32,000 bases of DNA. It comes from Candidatus Hermodarchaeota archaeon. Lineage in GTDB: Archaea > Asgardarchaeota > Heimdallarchaeia > Hodarchaeales > Hodarchaeaceae. The notes below the pieces were generated by a model. It was not told where the DNA came from and made no database searches. It saw nothing but the letters and a program-made list of their open reading frames with translations. The translations under genes were made by a program, and so were the position numbers. The stretch lies in assembly GCA_048886185.1 (NCBI GenBank), contig JBHLKY010000033.1:1621-33620 (forward strand), written 5' to 3'. Positions 1 through 9,777 of this stretch are shown here, piece by piece (position 1 is the stretch's first letter; each line of letters starts with the position of its first letter).

Positions 1-63
1 ATTGAAGAATAAAGCAGGATTTGTAGCTGCTGACTGACAAAAATGTAATTTCTTTAGAAAAGG

Positions 64-1182
64 TTAAAAAGCTACTCTATATATTGCACTTTCTTTGTAA
101 CTAGTTATTACTTGAATATATCCGCTCAGAAGTTTATCGACCTCTTTATCTCCAGTATCAACTAGTAATGGCCTTCCCTCAAGGGAATTAAGTTTTTCTC
201 TAGTTGCAACAACGATTATATTCTTTTTCCCACCAATTTTGGTAATTATTTCCGAGCTTATTTGTTGGTTACCCCTTCCAAATAAATATCCTTGCCCTCC
301 AATTGGAGTAACAATTATTTTTGCCTTTTTCCCGACAATCAACCCAAGTAATTCTTTTTCATTAAGGTCTTTCCCCACAAGTTTCTTGTTATATATTAGA
401 TCGACTCCTAAAAGACTGTTGTCTAGATTTAATTTTTCCATAATTGCCCGAGTAGTTGTACCAGGACCAATGATGTAAAACGAATCCTCAGTCATATTTT
501 CAATGATCTCTTCAGCAATAGCTTCTTGCGAATATTTTTCACTGGGAGGTGTCCCAAATTTCATCCCTTGAATATATCTCTTCTCAAATGGGATCTTTAG
601 GTAACCATATAGTTTGGCGGATAAGATACCTTTTCTAAAGCTCTCTTCATCAATATCCATAACTTCAGCTTCTCTCACGTTTTGGATCCTTTGTTGAAGG
701 TATAACAAAGCTAAATCACCAGCTCTCATTGGATTTCGTGCATACACAGCTGAATGCATTTTCACTCCAGTTGGAATACCAAGAACGACCAAGTTTCCTT
801 TAACAGCTTCATATATGTCCCTAGCGGTTCCATCTCCTCCTGCAAACAGTAAAAGATCAGCTCTCATATTAAGAATAGCCACTGAAGCTCTTTGTGTATC
901 TTGACCTGTGGTTTTACCTTTGTGTATTGATCCTATAACTTGTGGTTCAAATCCACATCGTAGAGTAGCATCTTCTCCCATTTCATAAGGATATGTAATT
1001 ATTTTAAGGTCATCTCTTAGAATAGCAAGTCTTTTTATTGCCTCCATTGCACGCCGTTGTGAATCTGGTTTTGCTCCTAAACTCCTTGCTTTCTCTAAAA
1101 TATTGACTCCATCTGTTCCTTTTAATCCTACTTTTCCCCCCATTCCAGCTATGGGGTTGATGATAAGGCCTAATTTTTTCAA
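64..1182 (-). CDS. ATP-NAD kinase / AcoX-like family protein
   Basis: 372-aa ORF with TTG start. N-terminal NPIAGMGG, GGDGTARD and GIPTGVKMHS motifs plus C-terminal GPGTT and GGQGYLFGRGNQQ motifs match the ATP-NAD/AcoX kinase family. Lies 6 nt downstream of gcvPB. Confidence 0.85.
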   Translation of the reverse strand: MKKLGLIINPIAGMGGKVGLKGTDGVNILEKARSLGAKPDSQRRAMEAIKRLAILRDDLKIITYPYEMGEDATLRCGFEPQVIGSIHKGKTTGQDTQRASVAILNMRADLLLFAGGDGTARDIYEAVKGNLVVLGIPTGVKMHSAVYARNPMRAGDLALLYLQQRIQNVREAEVMDIDEESFRKGILSAKLYGYLKIPFEKRYIQGMKFGTPPSEKYSQEAIAEEIIENMTEDSFYIIGPGTTTRAIMEKLNLDNSLLGVDLIYNKKLVGKDLNEKELLGLIVGKKAKIIVTPIGGQGYLFGRGNQQISSEIITKIGGKKNIIVVATREKLNSLEGRPLLVDTGDKEVDKLLSGYIQVITSYKESAIYRVAF

Positions 1183-1188
1183 TTTAGA

Positions 1189-2733
1189 TCAGTGTTTTTT
1201 TGACTTTTTTAAGTACGCTCTCCAAGTGATTGCCCATTTTGAAGGATCATCTAGTGTCTCCGATTTGATTTTGTGAATAACACTATTATGAGGTGCACTC
1301 TTTACTTTATCAGGATCTTCATAAGCTTCTTTAACAACCTTTCGTAACCCTGCAATATACTCATCAATTTCAGCCTTTGAATAGGATTCAGTAGGTTCAA
1401 GTGTCATTGGTTGTGGTACAATGAATGGGTGATGTGATGACCACATGTGAAACCCAAAATCAATCATTCGATTAGTAATATCTTCCGTTGTGATTCCTGT
1501 TTCTTCCGTCAAATCATTCCAGCTGTACCGAACCTGTTCAATACGATGTCGGCCTTTAGCGTATGGTGCACTAGCACCACGAATTTGCAACACCTTTTTT
1601 AATAAATAGTTATTATTTAAGACTGCGATATGGGAAGCCTCTCTTAATCCCTCACTCCCTAAGCTCATGATCCACGAATAAGCCCTTAAAATAACTGGTA
1701 TTACACCATAATAACCTCTAATTTTCCCTATACTTTTGGGTAAGTTGTAATTCAAATAGTAGTTCTTCCCATTAAAATCAACTAATGGAACTGGAACATA
1801 ATCAATGAGTTTTTTTGTCACCCCAAGAGCTCCTGTGGCGGGTCCACCACATCCGTGAGGAGACGAAAATGTTTTATGGAGATTAAAGAAACACATATCG
1901 AATCCTGCTTCTTTTGCTCTTGCAACTCCTAATAATCCATTTGCATTCGCCTGATCATAGCCACAAATCCCCCCAACATCATGAATAATTTTAGTAAATT
2001 CTATGATTTCCGAATTAAAGATTCCTGTATCCTCAGGATTAGTTATCAACAACCCAGCAGTACGTTCTGATGCTGCTATTTTCAGAGCGTCTAAATCAGG
2101 TAATCCTTCCTCATTCGGATAGATAGTGATGATTTTATATCCCTTTACTGCTGCAGCAGCAGCATCTGAGGGGTGAGAAAATATTGTTGTAATTATTTCA
2201 TCTCTCTTTTCAGAGTCTCCATTGTAATCATGATACGCGTGAATTATTGAAGCCATAGCTAGGATCGCTTGGCTTCCTCCACCAGGTTGGAAGGTAAATT
2301 TATCCAAACCTGAAATTTCTCTCAGAAATACATCTGTTTTGTAAATTATTTCTAAAATACCTTGAACTGTGCTTTCATCTTGATTTGGATGAAGTTCTGT
2401 TAATTTGGGAGACGTTGCAAATTGCTCATTAATCTTTGGACTATATTTCATCGTACATGTACCCTGTCCGATGTCAATGTTCAAATCTGCTCCCAGATTT
2501 TCTTGCGACAATCTTAAAAAGTGTTTTAAAACACGCATTTGAGAGAGTTCAGGAAGTTGAGGAGGATCTTTACGAATGATTTCTTTAGGTAAGGATGATA
2601 ATCCATCACCAACTAATTCAATGATTTCTTTTTCAATTTCTGGAAGCAGTATTCCCCGTTCTCCTTTAGTGCTTAACTCAAATATAATAGGTTCATCCCA
2701 CTTAGCTTGGTGAAATTTGGTTCTTAGTTTCAT
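1189..2733 (-). CDS. gcvPB: Glycine dehydrogenase (decarboxylating) P-protein subunit 2 (beta), divergent subfamily
   Basis: LPELSQ..VLKHF..LSQ, GTCTMKYSPKIN, and PLP-lysine motif FNLHKTFSSPHG.GGP; C-terminal MTLEPTES and SAPHN. Confidence 0.9.
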   Translation of the reverse strand: MKLRTKFHQAKWDEPIIFELSTKGERGILLPEIEKEIIELVGDGLSSLPKEIIRKDPPQLPELSQMRVLKHFLRLSQENLGADLNIDIGQGTCTMKYSPKINEQFATSPKLTELHPNQDESTVQGILEIIYKTDVFLREISGLDKFTFQPGGGSQAILAMASIIHAYHDYNGDSEKRDEIITTIFSHPSDAAAAAVKGYKIITIYPNEEGLPDLDALKIAASERTAGLLITNPEDTGIFNSEIIEFTKIIHDVGGICGYDQANANGLLGVARAKEAGFDMCFFNLHKTFSSPHGCGGPATGALGVTKKLIDYVPVPLVDFNGKNYYLNYNLPKSIGKIRGYYGVIPVILRAYSWIMSLGSEGLREASHIAVLNNNYLLKKVLQIRGASAPYAKGRHRIEQVRYSWNDLTEETGITTEDITNRMIDFGFHMWSSHHPFIVPQPMTLEPTESYSKAEIDEYIAGLRKVVKEAYEDPDKVKSAPHNSVIHKIKSETLDDPSKWAITWRAYLKKSKKH

Positions 2734-2745
2734 AATTATGCACCC

Positions 2746-4146
2746 TTAAGTATTTAAACATTCATCCAACACTTTAACCAGCCGATCAATATCCTCTTTC
2801 GTATGAATCTCCGTAACGCAATATAGAGCGCTTTCTCCGAATTCACCGAATTCACTAGCAAGATCTTTACCTCCAAATATTCCCCTTTCAAGTAGATACT
2901 TATTAACTTCTTCTATTGTTTTTCCAGTATTATTAAAATCAACCATAAATTCCTTAAAATGCGATGAATGAAATAATGGGGCAGCCAATCCATCAATCTC
3001 AGAAAGCTTTTTCATTGCATATTGTGATTTCTGCAAAATAACTTTTCCAAGCTCTTGCATACCTTGCGGCCCCATTAAGGCTAAAAACACTCCTGCTGTT
3101 ATCCCCCACAATGCAGCCATAGTTCCAACGAATTCTTTACCTTGTTCTCGCTTATCAAATGATGTTCTTTCATATACTACATCACCAAATCCCCATTCAC
3201 CTTCTACTTCAGTAAGTGTTATACCAAAAAGACGTGATGGATATTCCATAACAAATCTTTCAATATCATGAGTGGCGATAAAGCCAGCTAAACCTCCTCC
3301 ATATTGCATATGAATTCCTAATCCTTGTATATCACCACATACGATATCAGCTCCATAATTGTTTGGAGGAACTAATATACCTAAGGAAACGGGATCAACT
3401 CCCACTATACTCAAAGCTCCAGCTTCATGCACTATAGCTGATATTTCCTTGCCTTGATCTTCTATGTTACCAAGATAAGATGGATTTTCGTAATACATTC
3501 CTGCAGTATTTTCAGAAATTTTCTTTTTTAAATCCTCAAGGTTAATTTTTCCAGTTGTTAGGTCACATTCAACTAATTTAATCTTCATTAGAGGTTGACA
3601 ATAATTTTGGATAATTGCTAATCTGTCTGGAGAAATGAATCTTGAAATTAACACTTCAGAGCGATTTGTAATCCTTTCAACCATTCGTATAGAAGTGCTT
3701 GCAGCTTGCCCCCAGTCGTATGTCGGAACATTAACAACATCCATGTCAAGGAGTTCTCCCATCATGCTTTCATACTCAAAAAGAGCATGAAATCTTCCAT
3801 GATCTTCATATGGTTCTCCTGCGTATGCAGTTAAAAATTCTGAACGCTGATTAATTTCATCACAAATCGCAGGAACATAGTGCTGCCAACAACCACCACC
3901 TAAGAAACTGATATTTTCTTCACACGTTTGATTTTTTGATAATATACGATTTACGTGTCTTTTTAATGCATATTCCGAGTGTAAAGGGTCAGGTAGATTT
4001 AATTTCCCTTTTAATTTCAGTTTTTCAGGAATATCTGCATATAAAGTTGTTATATCATTAACACCTATTTCTTCAAGCATTTTCGCCTTTATTTCTAATA
4101 CTGAATTAGGGATGTATGGATGAATTAATCCGCTTTTCTTACTCAT
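2746..4146 (-). CDS. gcvPA: Glycine dehydrogenase (decarboxylating) P-protein subunit 1 (alpha)
   Basis: HPYIP, FLGGGCWQHYVP, EFLTAY, F.YESM..EL..MDVVN...YDW, GDIQGLG...YGG; ends LYCVTEIHTKEDID. Lies 12 nt upstream of gcvPB. Confidence 0.92.
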   Translation of the reverse strand: MSKKSGLIHPYIPNSVLEIKAKMLEEIGVNDITTLYADIPEKLKLKGKLNLPDPLHSEYALKRHVNRILSKNQTCEENISFLGGGCWQHYVPAICDEINQRSEFLTAYAGEPYEDHGRFHALFEYESMMGELLDMDVVNVPTYDWGQAASTSIRMVERITNRSEVLISRFISPDRLAIIQNYCQPLMKIKLVECDLTTGKINLEDLKKKISENTAGMYYENPSYLGNIEDQGKEISAIVHEAGALSIVGVDPVSLGILVPPNNYGADIVCGDIQGLGIHMQYGGGLAGFIATHDIERFVMEYPSRLFGITLTEVEGEWGFGDVVYERTSFDKREQGKEFVGTMAALWGITAGVFLALMGPQGMQELGKVILQKSQYAMKKLSEIDGLAAPLFHSSHFKEFMVDFNNTGKTIEEVNKYLLERGIFGGKDLASEFGEFGESALYCVTEIHTKEDIDRLVKVLDECLNT

Positions 4147-4195
4147 AACTATCTTCTCCAGATAAAATTAGGAGATTTATTTAAAGAAACCAAAA

Positions 4196-4975
4196 TTAAG
4201 CCATACCTCCACCATCTACAACTAGAACAGATCCAGTTACCCAGCTAGAAATATCACTTGCAAAAAATAATACTGCATAAGCGACATCTTGAGGTGCCCC
4301 AACACGATTGAGGGGTCTATTTGCAGCTTCTTTCATAAAATCCTCCTCATCGATTCCTAGTTGATGAGCTTCTCTTCGGAGCATTGGAGTGTCAATATCA
4401 CCAGGACAAACACAGTTAACACGAATTCCATTTTTTCCGTGATCAATTGCCATTGCTCTTGTCATATTTACAACTCCTCCCTTTGAAGCGCAATAAGCTA
4501 AAGCATTAGATCCCCCTTTTAGACCCCAACCTGATCCAGTATTAATTATACTTCCTCCATTTCCTTTAATCATAATAGGGATGACACAGCGAGATAATAG
4601 ATAAATCCCTTTTAAATTTACATCTAAAACTTCATTCCAGTCCTTTTCCTCTAGATCAATAATATTTTTACGTTTTATGATCCCTGCATTATTGAATAAG
4701 ATATCCATTCTCCCAAATTCCTTGTGAATGGCATCAACTGTCTTTCTGCATTCATTAGCAGATGTTACATCACAATAGAAGAATTTTCCATTTCCTCCTT
4801 TTTTCCTAATCTCCGATGCAGCCCTTTTCCCCAACAGTTCATTAATATCTATTAGAGCTACTCTTGCTCCCATTTCTGCAAAGATTGAAGATGTTGCTAG
4901 TCCAATACCAGAGGCAGCGCCTGTGATTATTGCGACTTTGCCCTCTAATGAGATAAGATCTAGAAATTTTTTCAT
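4196..4975 (-). CDS. Short-chain dehydrogenase/reductase (classical SDR)
   Basis: TGAASGIG Rossmann motif, NNAG, catalytic YCASK, VNCVCPG, DGG at the C-terminus. Confidence 0.95.
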   Translation of the reverse strand: MKKFLDLISLEGKVAIITGAASGIGLATSSIFAEMGARVALIDINELLGKRAASEIRKKGGNGKFFYCDVTSANECRKTVDAIHKEFGRMDILFNNAGIIKRKNIIDLEEKDWNEVLDVNLKGIYLLSRCVIPIMIKGNGGSIINTGSGWGLKGGSNALAYCASKGGVVNMTRAMAIDHGKNGIRVNCVCPGDIDTPMLRREAHQLGIDEEDFMKEAANRPLNRVGAPQDVAYAVLFFASDISSWVTGSVLVVDGGGMA

Positions 4976-5117
4976 TTTCTCTTCCTTCTAAAATCAAAAA
5001 GACACAATGATCGTAATTCGATGAATTTTCCTATTAAAGTAGATCAGTTTCCCATAATTTTTATTATTAATCACATATCGTATATTTATAAATTTAGAAT
5101 TATGCTAGTAGTTTACG

Positions 5118-6473
5118 GTGTGTAATGTGGAATTCCCAAGAAACAATCTTGAAAGAATTGATTGGGATTTTCCTGATAGTAAGACACAATTTTTGACTCA
5201 TAAATTTCACTCTTATCCTGCGCGATTCATCCCACAAATACCACGCACAATATACGAGATATGTCTCAAATCAAATGGAGCTAGAATATTTGATCCTTTC
5301 GTTGGATGTGGTACATCATTAGTTGAAGGAGTTCTATCTCAAAATCACTCGGGGGGAGTAGATCAGAACCCTCTAGCTATTTTAATATCCCGTGTTAAAA
5401 CAAGTCCCTTGGAAATCGAGCCATTAAAACAATATTGGACGAATTTTAAATCTCAAATTCGATCTGAGGCTGATCAAAAGTCATTAAATCAGAATGAAAA
5501 GGAGCATATTCCAAAAAAGTTCATTTTTCCTAAGAGAAGCTTATCAAAACGTTTCACTGAAGAAAATACACGAATTATCTCATTAATTCTTGATTACATC
5601 GAAAATGAGATCACAAATAGTAAATTTCAAGACTTTTTTAAGGTGGGTTTCTCATCTTCGATTACCACTTTGACTGAATCTAGAAATTGGAGAAAAATAA
5701 GCATTTGGAACACCTTTCAAACAAAAATTAATTCAATGTTAAAAAGCATGACAAAATTCAACCATCGAATGAAGGATTTCAACAATTGCATGTATGAAGA
5801 TATTAGATTAGGAGATTCAAGGAATTTCTCATTTATTCCTAATGAAACAATTGATTGTATTGTTACATCCCCTCCTTATGTTAATGCACTAGATTATAAT
5901 CGAATTCATCAATTTAATATGAGTATACTTGGATATGATTATCGTAAATTTGCTAAGGTGGAGATAGGAGCTCATGGTCATTATATTAGCAATAGGTGGA
6001 GGTTATTAACAGAGTATTTAGCAGATATGTTCTGGTCAATTTCAGAAATGAGAAGAGTAACAAAAAAAAGTGGTGTCATCTGTATTGTGATTGGTAATAG
6101 TTGCCTAGAATATGAACAAATAAAATCTCATGACCATTTCAAGGAGCTTGGAGAGCTCCTTGGACTAACTCATCAATTATCTCTTTCACGAAATATTGAT
6201 TCTGGAAGTAAATCAACAAGTAAAGACATAGGAAACATCTTCTCTGAGTATTTGGTATTTTTCACAAAAGAGAAAGAATTCGAAAGGGAATCAAAGACAT
6301 TATTGTATGAATATGTTGAAATAACAATGTTGACTTATTTAGATCATGTGAAAAAAAGTCAAGGGACCTGTTTAAGAAATAAACCAAAATTATCAAAAGA
6401 AAGAAGAGAAATAGCGGTTCAGAGGGTTGAAGAAGCATTATCAAGGATCAAGGAAGATTGTCGTTCTATTTAA
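5118..6473 (+). CDS. Site-specific DNA methyltransferase, alpha-class, probably N4-cytosine
   Basis: GTG start. HSYPARF (motif X) and DPFVGCGT (SAM-binding motif I) precede catalytic TSPPY (motif IV); this order and SPPY are typical of m4C alpha MTases such as M.MvaI. Confidence 0.85.
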   Translation: MCNVEFPRNNLERIDWDFPDSKTQFLTHKFHSYPARFIPQIPRTIYEICLKSNGARIFDPFVGCGTSLVEGVLSQNHSGGVDQNPLAILISRVKTSPLEIEPLKQYWTNFKSQIRSEADQKSLNQNEKEHIPKKFIFPKRSLSKRFTEENTRIISLILDYIENEITNSKFQDFFKVGFSSSITTLTESRNWRKISIWNTFQTKINSMLKSMTKFNHRMKDFNNCMYEDIRLGDSRNFSFIPNETIDCIVTSPPYVNALDYNRIHQFNMSILGYDYRKFAKVEIGAHGHYISNRWRLLTEYLADMFWSISEMRRVTKKSGVICIVIGNSCLEYEQIKSHDHFKELGELLGLTHQLSLSRNIDSGSKSTSKDIGNIFSEYLVFFTKEKEFERESKTLLYEYVEITMLTYLDHVKKSQGTCLRNKPKLSKERREIAVQRVEEALSRIKEDCRSI

Positions 6474-6695
6474 TACAAAGATCATCTCAGATCAGCTCTT
6501 ATTGTCGAGGATGATTAGATTCCTTATGGTACCATTGTATAGATTACTAACAAAACGAATCATCTTGATAAAAATAATGTAATTGACTTAATCTTAATAA
6601 TAGAATTGCCTAGTTCTATTGATTTTTATAGTCAAGTACACCAAAAAAATATTGTGTGAAAAGAATGTATAACTAGAAAAAAGGATAGTAAAAGG

Positions 6696-7733
6696 ATGGT
6701 TCATGTATTATCGAGGGATTTCATCGGAAAAAGAGTAAGTCAGATACCAAAGTTTGGTCAAGCATTAGGAGTATATGTGTTATGTGCTTCGATTTGTTAT
6801 ATAATTCTCATAATTTTGTTAGATAGCTTCATTGTTCCAGTATTCATTGATGATTTTAATCGCTCAATTATGTTCCTAACAGCAATTATAGCAGTTATTT
6901 ATTACAAGGAAGATCTCAAAGAGATCCTTTTAATCTGTTTTGGAGGACCTCTTATAGTAAATATATTAGCTATTATCCCTGCTATTTATATTTGGTCAGG
7001 AAGTCCCTCTGATCAAGTATGGACTGATTTAATGAGGTTATTCACCTTTTCTAGTCTCTATATTGTATATGCGGGGTTTGCTGGGATTTTAATTTATTCT
7101 CTAGCTGTATGGATTTCAGGATTTTTATCATCTCGTTCCCCAGTTCATTCTTCAGCATTTAAGAAGAATGTATTCACGTTTATTGACAAAAAAGATCAGA
7201 ATGATTATACAATCAGTGTAAAAGAATATTCTAACAATAAAGCCCATACAACTTATCAATTGATTGGATTTCTGCTTTATCTATCTGTCCTTTTTTGTTT
7301 AACCATATTATTATTTTTGGTTCCTATCTATAACTATTCATTTGACCTTCATCTGTCAATCTGGGATCTTGGTTTAATTCCTGTACTCCTTGTGGGTTTG
7401 GCAGCTATTAATCTTTTATCTATTGTAATTTTTAGTCCTTTCTGGCATTATTATCCTTCCTTAACCGAGAGATATCCTAATTTAATTCTTAATATTCAAT
7501 CAAATCTTTCTGTAATATGTATCTTTTTTGCATCAATATTTTTCCCTAATCCCTCAAACATCCGGGTAGGAACATTTGTTGTTGAAAATGGCATTGGAAT
7601 AGAAATCTTATTTTATCTAATTATCTTAATAATAATATTTACACCTGCTATCTATGAATATGTTCAACCATTAAGAAATTTAAAGTATCATACAAAACAA
7701 CATGAACCAGCAACTCCTTCGGAATCACAATAG
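6696..7733 (+). CDS. Polytopic membrane protein of unknown function
   Basis: 345-aa ORF with many hydrophobic segments in two blocks separated by a polar loop (SSRSPVHSS...NNKAHTTY). No family motif recognised. Its stop overlaps the convergent gene at 7725-7733. Confidence 0.7.
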   Translation: MVHVLSRDFIGKRVSQIPKFGQALGVYVLCASICYIILIILLDSFIVPVFIDDFNRSIMFLTAIIAVIYYKEDLKEILLICFGGPLIVNILAIIPAIYIWSGSPSDQVWTDLMRLFTFSSLYIVYAGFAGILIYSLAVWISGFLSSRSPVHSSAFKKNVFTFIDKKDQNDYTISVKEYSNNKAHTTYQLIGFLLYLSVLFCLTILLFLVPIYNYSFDLHLSIWDLGLIPVLLVGLAAINLLSIVIFSPFWHYYPSLTERYPNLILNIQSNLSVICIFFASIFFPNPSNIRVGTFVVENGIGIEILFYLIILIIIFTPAIYEYVQPLRNLKYHTKQHEPATPSESQ

Positions 7734-8705
7734 ATTTTTATTCTTTTTATCATCGTCTTGAAGGAATTTAGTAAGTTTATTAGTTCTAAGCTCAAATCGT
7801 ATTTGTTTAATTTTCTTCCTTAAAGAACGAACATAATTAGAGTTTTCAATTTGGTTTTCATAATCGTTAGCTACTAAAAACCACCATACATTCCATAACG
7901 TCCGCCATATCCATCCCTCAGATCCAGGTTTATGTAAAATTTCATAGGATTCGATAAACGGGGGAGAATAAAGCTCAAATAATTCTGAATTCAAACCTTT
8001 AGCTCTCTTTTTCTTTCTACGTGCTTCATGAATGTAAACTGATCCTTCAGGAGTGTAACATGAACAAAAAGCAGCATTTCTTCTCCAACCGATCCAATCT
8101 AAAGAATGAAGAAAGTCTTGAAAGATAATTTGATGATAAGGGCTTCCAATCCCAAATCCATGGTACCTTTTTTCAGGAAAACGCGACATTAAATACATTA
8201 ACCAAGAAATGACATCCATAACGCTCCCCTTTTGATTAATCTTGAATGCTGGAACCATTCCTCCCAATCCTATATAATCTACAGAGGGGTATAGATTTCT
8301 TTTTTCAGGAAGATGTATAACTGGTAAAATATTAATATTAAATTTATTAATCAATTGAAGCCAATTCTGACTTGATTTTGTTGGATTCCCAATTACATCT
8401 AAGTTCACAATGATATCATCATCCTGAACACCAAGGTTCGAGAGAAATGATGAATATTCTTGAAGTTGGATTTTTATACCAGAGTTAAAAGCGCTGTAAG
8501 CTCCAGAATCTACTATTATTGAACCTTCAAAAGAGAAATAATCATGAAGGCCTTTAGAGATAATTTCCTTTTCTTTTTTACGAAAAGACCAATAAGAAAA
8601 AATAATACCTACCTGTTTCTCTTTCATTTTTTTGGAAATACTATATTCTTTTAACCATGGAAAAATACCAGGAACTACTCCTAAATATAGTTGCAAAAGA
8701 TTCAT
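7725..8705 (-). CDS. TGT/DpdA-like (queuine tRNA-ribosyltransferase-like) TIM-barrel protein, paralogue A
   Basis: Ordered motifs VDSGAYSAF, NLDVIGN, LPVIH, IGLGGMVP, YHGFGIG, SLDW correspond to the TGT barrel motifs DSGG(F/Y)Q through D(C/S). No PUA domain and no complete CxCx2C zinc site. Confidence 0.7.
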   Translation of the reverse strand: MNLLQLYLGVVPGIFPWLKEYSISKKMKEKQVGIIFSYWSFRKKEKEIISKGLHDYFSFEGSIIVDSGAYSAFNSGIKIQLQEYSSFLSNLGVQDDDIIVNLDVIGNPTKSSQNWLQLINKFNINILPVIHLPEKRNLYPSVDYIGLGGMVPAFKINQKGSVMDVISWLMYLMSRFPEKRYHGFGIGSPYHQIIFQDFLHSLDWIGWRRNAAFCSCYTPEGSVYIHEARRKKKRAKGLNSELFELYSPPFIESYEILHKPGSEGWIWRTLWNVWWFLVANDYENQIENSNYVRSLRKKIKQIRFELRTNKLTKFLQDDDKKNKNLL

Positions 8706-8857
8706 CCTTTGTTACATTCGAGAAATTATTAGAATTCTCAAGATGGAGAAGGGATTTCTAAATCAGTATAAAATTGTGTTAGGAATTAATTTTAATATTA
8801 ATCTAATTGATAAAAATAACGATTTAATCCAAGTTTCTTTAATAAGGTGGTTTTTAC

Positions 8858-9751
8858 ATGGTTGAGGTCTTTTTAATCAAAACTGATGATCGTATTAAAG
8901 GGCTGCAAGCTATTTTCACTCATTTTAAATCAGTTTTCGATGATTTAAAGGAAAAAACAGTAGTCATTAAGCCCAATTTTAATACAGCAGACCCTCCTCC
9001 TGCTTCAACCGATATTGGGATTATCAGGGAATTAATCAAACATCTTAAGATTTGTGGATCGAAGAAAATAACTGTGGCAGAACGAGCAGGACCTGCAGAT
9101 ACACATGAAACAATGATAACAAAGGGTCTTTATAACCTACAGGAAGAAATAGGAGGTTTTGATATAGTTGATTTATCTTCCCTTCCACAATCAGAATGGG
9201 TTCATTTTCTGCCTAGTAATTCTCATTGGAAGGATGGCTTTTTATTTCCCAAACTACTTCAAGAAGTAGATGCAATAATTGCATTACCATGTCTTAAAAC
9301 ACATCAATTTGGTGGCCATTTTACTTTCTCTCTTAAGCTAGCAGTTGGATTAGTTCCCCGCCAAGGATACGAATACATGCGAGAGCTTCATTCTTCTCCT
9401 TCCCAGCGAAAACTGATTGCTGAAATTAATCAAGCTTATTCGCCTACATTAATAGTTTTAGACGGTGTTGATGCATTTGTTGAAGGGGGGCCTGCAAGTG
9501 GAAAACTTGAACATCCTCAAGTAATGTTAGCAAGTACAGATCGAATTGCTATTGATGCTGTGGGAGTAGCAATCCTTCGAGATCTTGGCACAACACCTGA
9601 GGTTTCAAATGGGGATATTTTTGATCAAGAACAGATAGCCCGAGCAGTTGAGCTTAAACTTGGAATTCAAAAACCTTCTGAGATTATATTAATAGGTGCT
9701 GATGAAAGGAGTAATCAATACGCCAAGAACCTTCAAAAGATGCTAAAATAG
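8858..9751 (+). CDS. DUF362-family protein (putative Fe-S oxidoreductase)
   Basis: VVIKPNF, PCLKTH..GG.FTFSLKL.VG, LIVLDG, G......P..MLASTDRIAIDAV match DUF362. AGGTGG RBS lies upstream. Confidence 0.85.
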   Translation: MVEVFLIKTDDRIKGLQAIFTHFKSVFDDLKEKTVVIKPNFNTADPPPASTDIGIIRELIKHLKICGSKKITVAERAGPADTHETMITKGLYNLQEEIGGFDIVDLSSLPQSEWVHFLPSNSHWKDGFLFPKLLQEVDAIIALPCLKTHQFGGHFTFSLKLAVGLVPRQGYEYMRELHSSPSQRKLIAEINQAYSPTLIVLDGVDAFVEGGPASGKLEHPQVMLASTDRIAIDAVGVAILRDLGTTPEVSNGDIFDQEQIARAVELKLGIQKPSEIILIGADERSNQYAKNLQKMLK

Positions 9752-9777
9752 TCTTTAGTGGTCATAATTGGAAGAAC

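Noticed and set aside
8632-8865. 77-aa ORF across the divergent intergenic region
   Set aside because: Overlaps both flanking starts, is AT-rich and has no motif.
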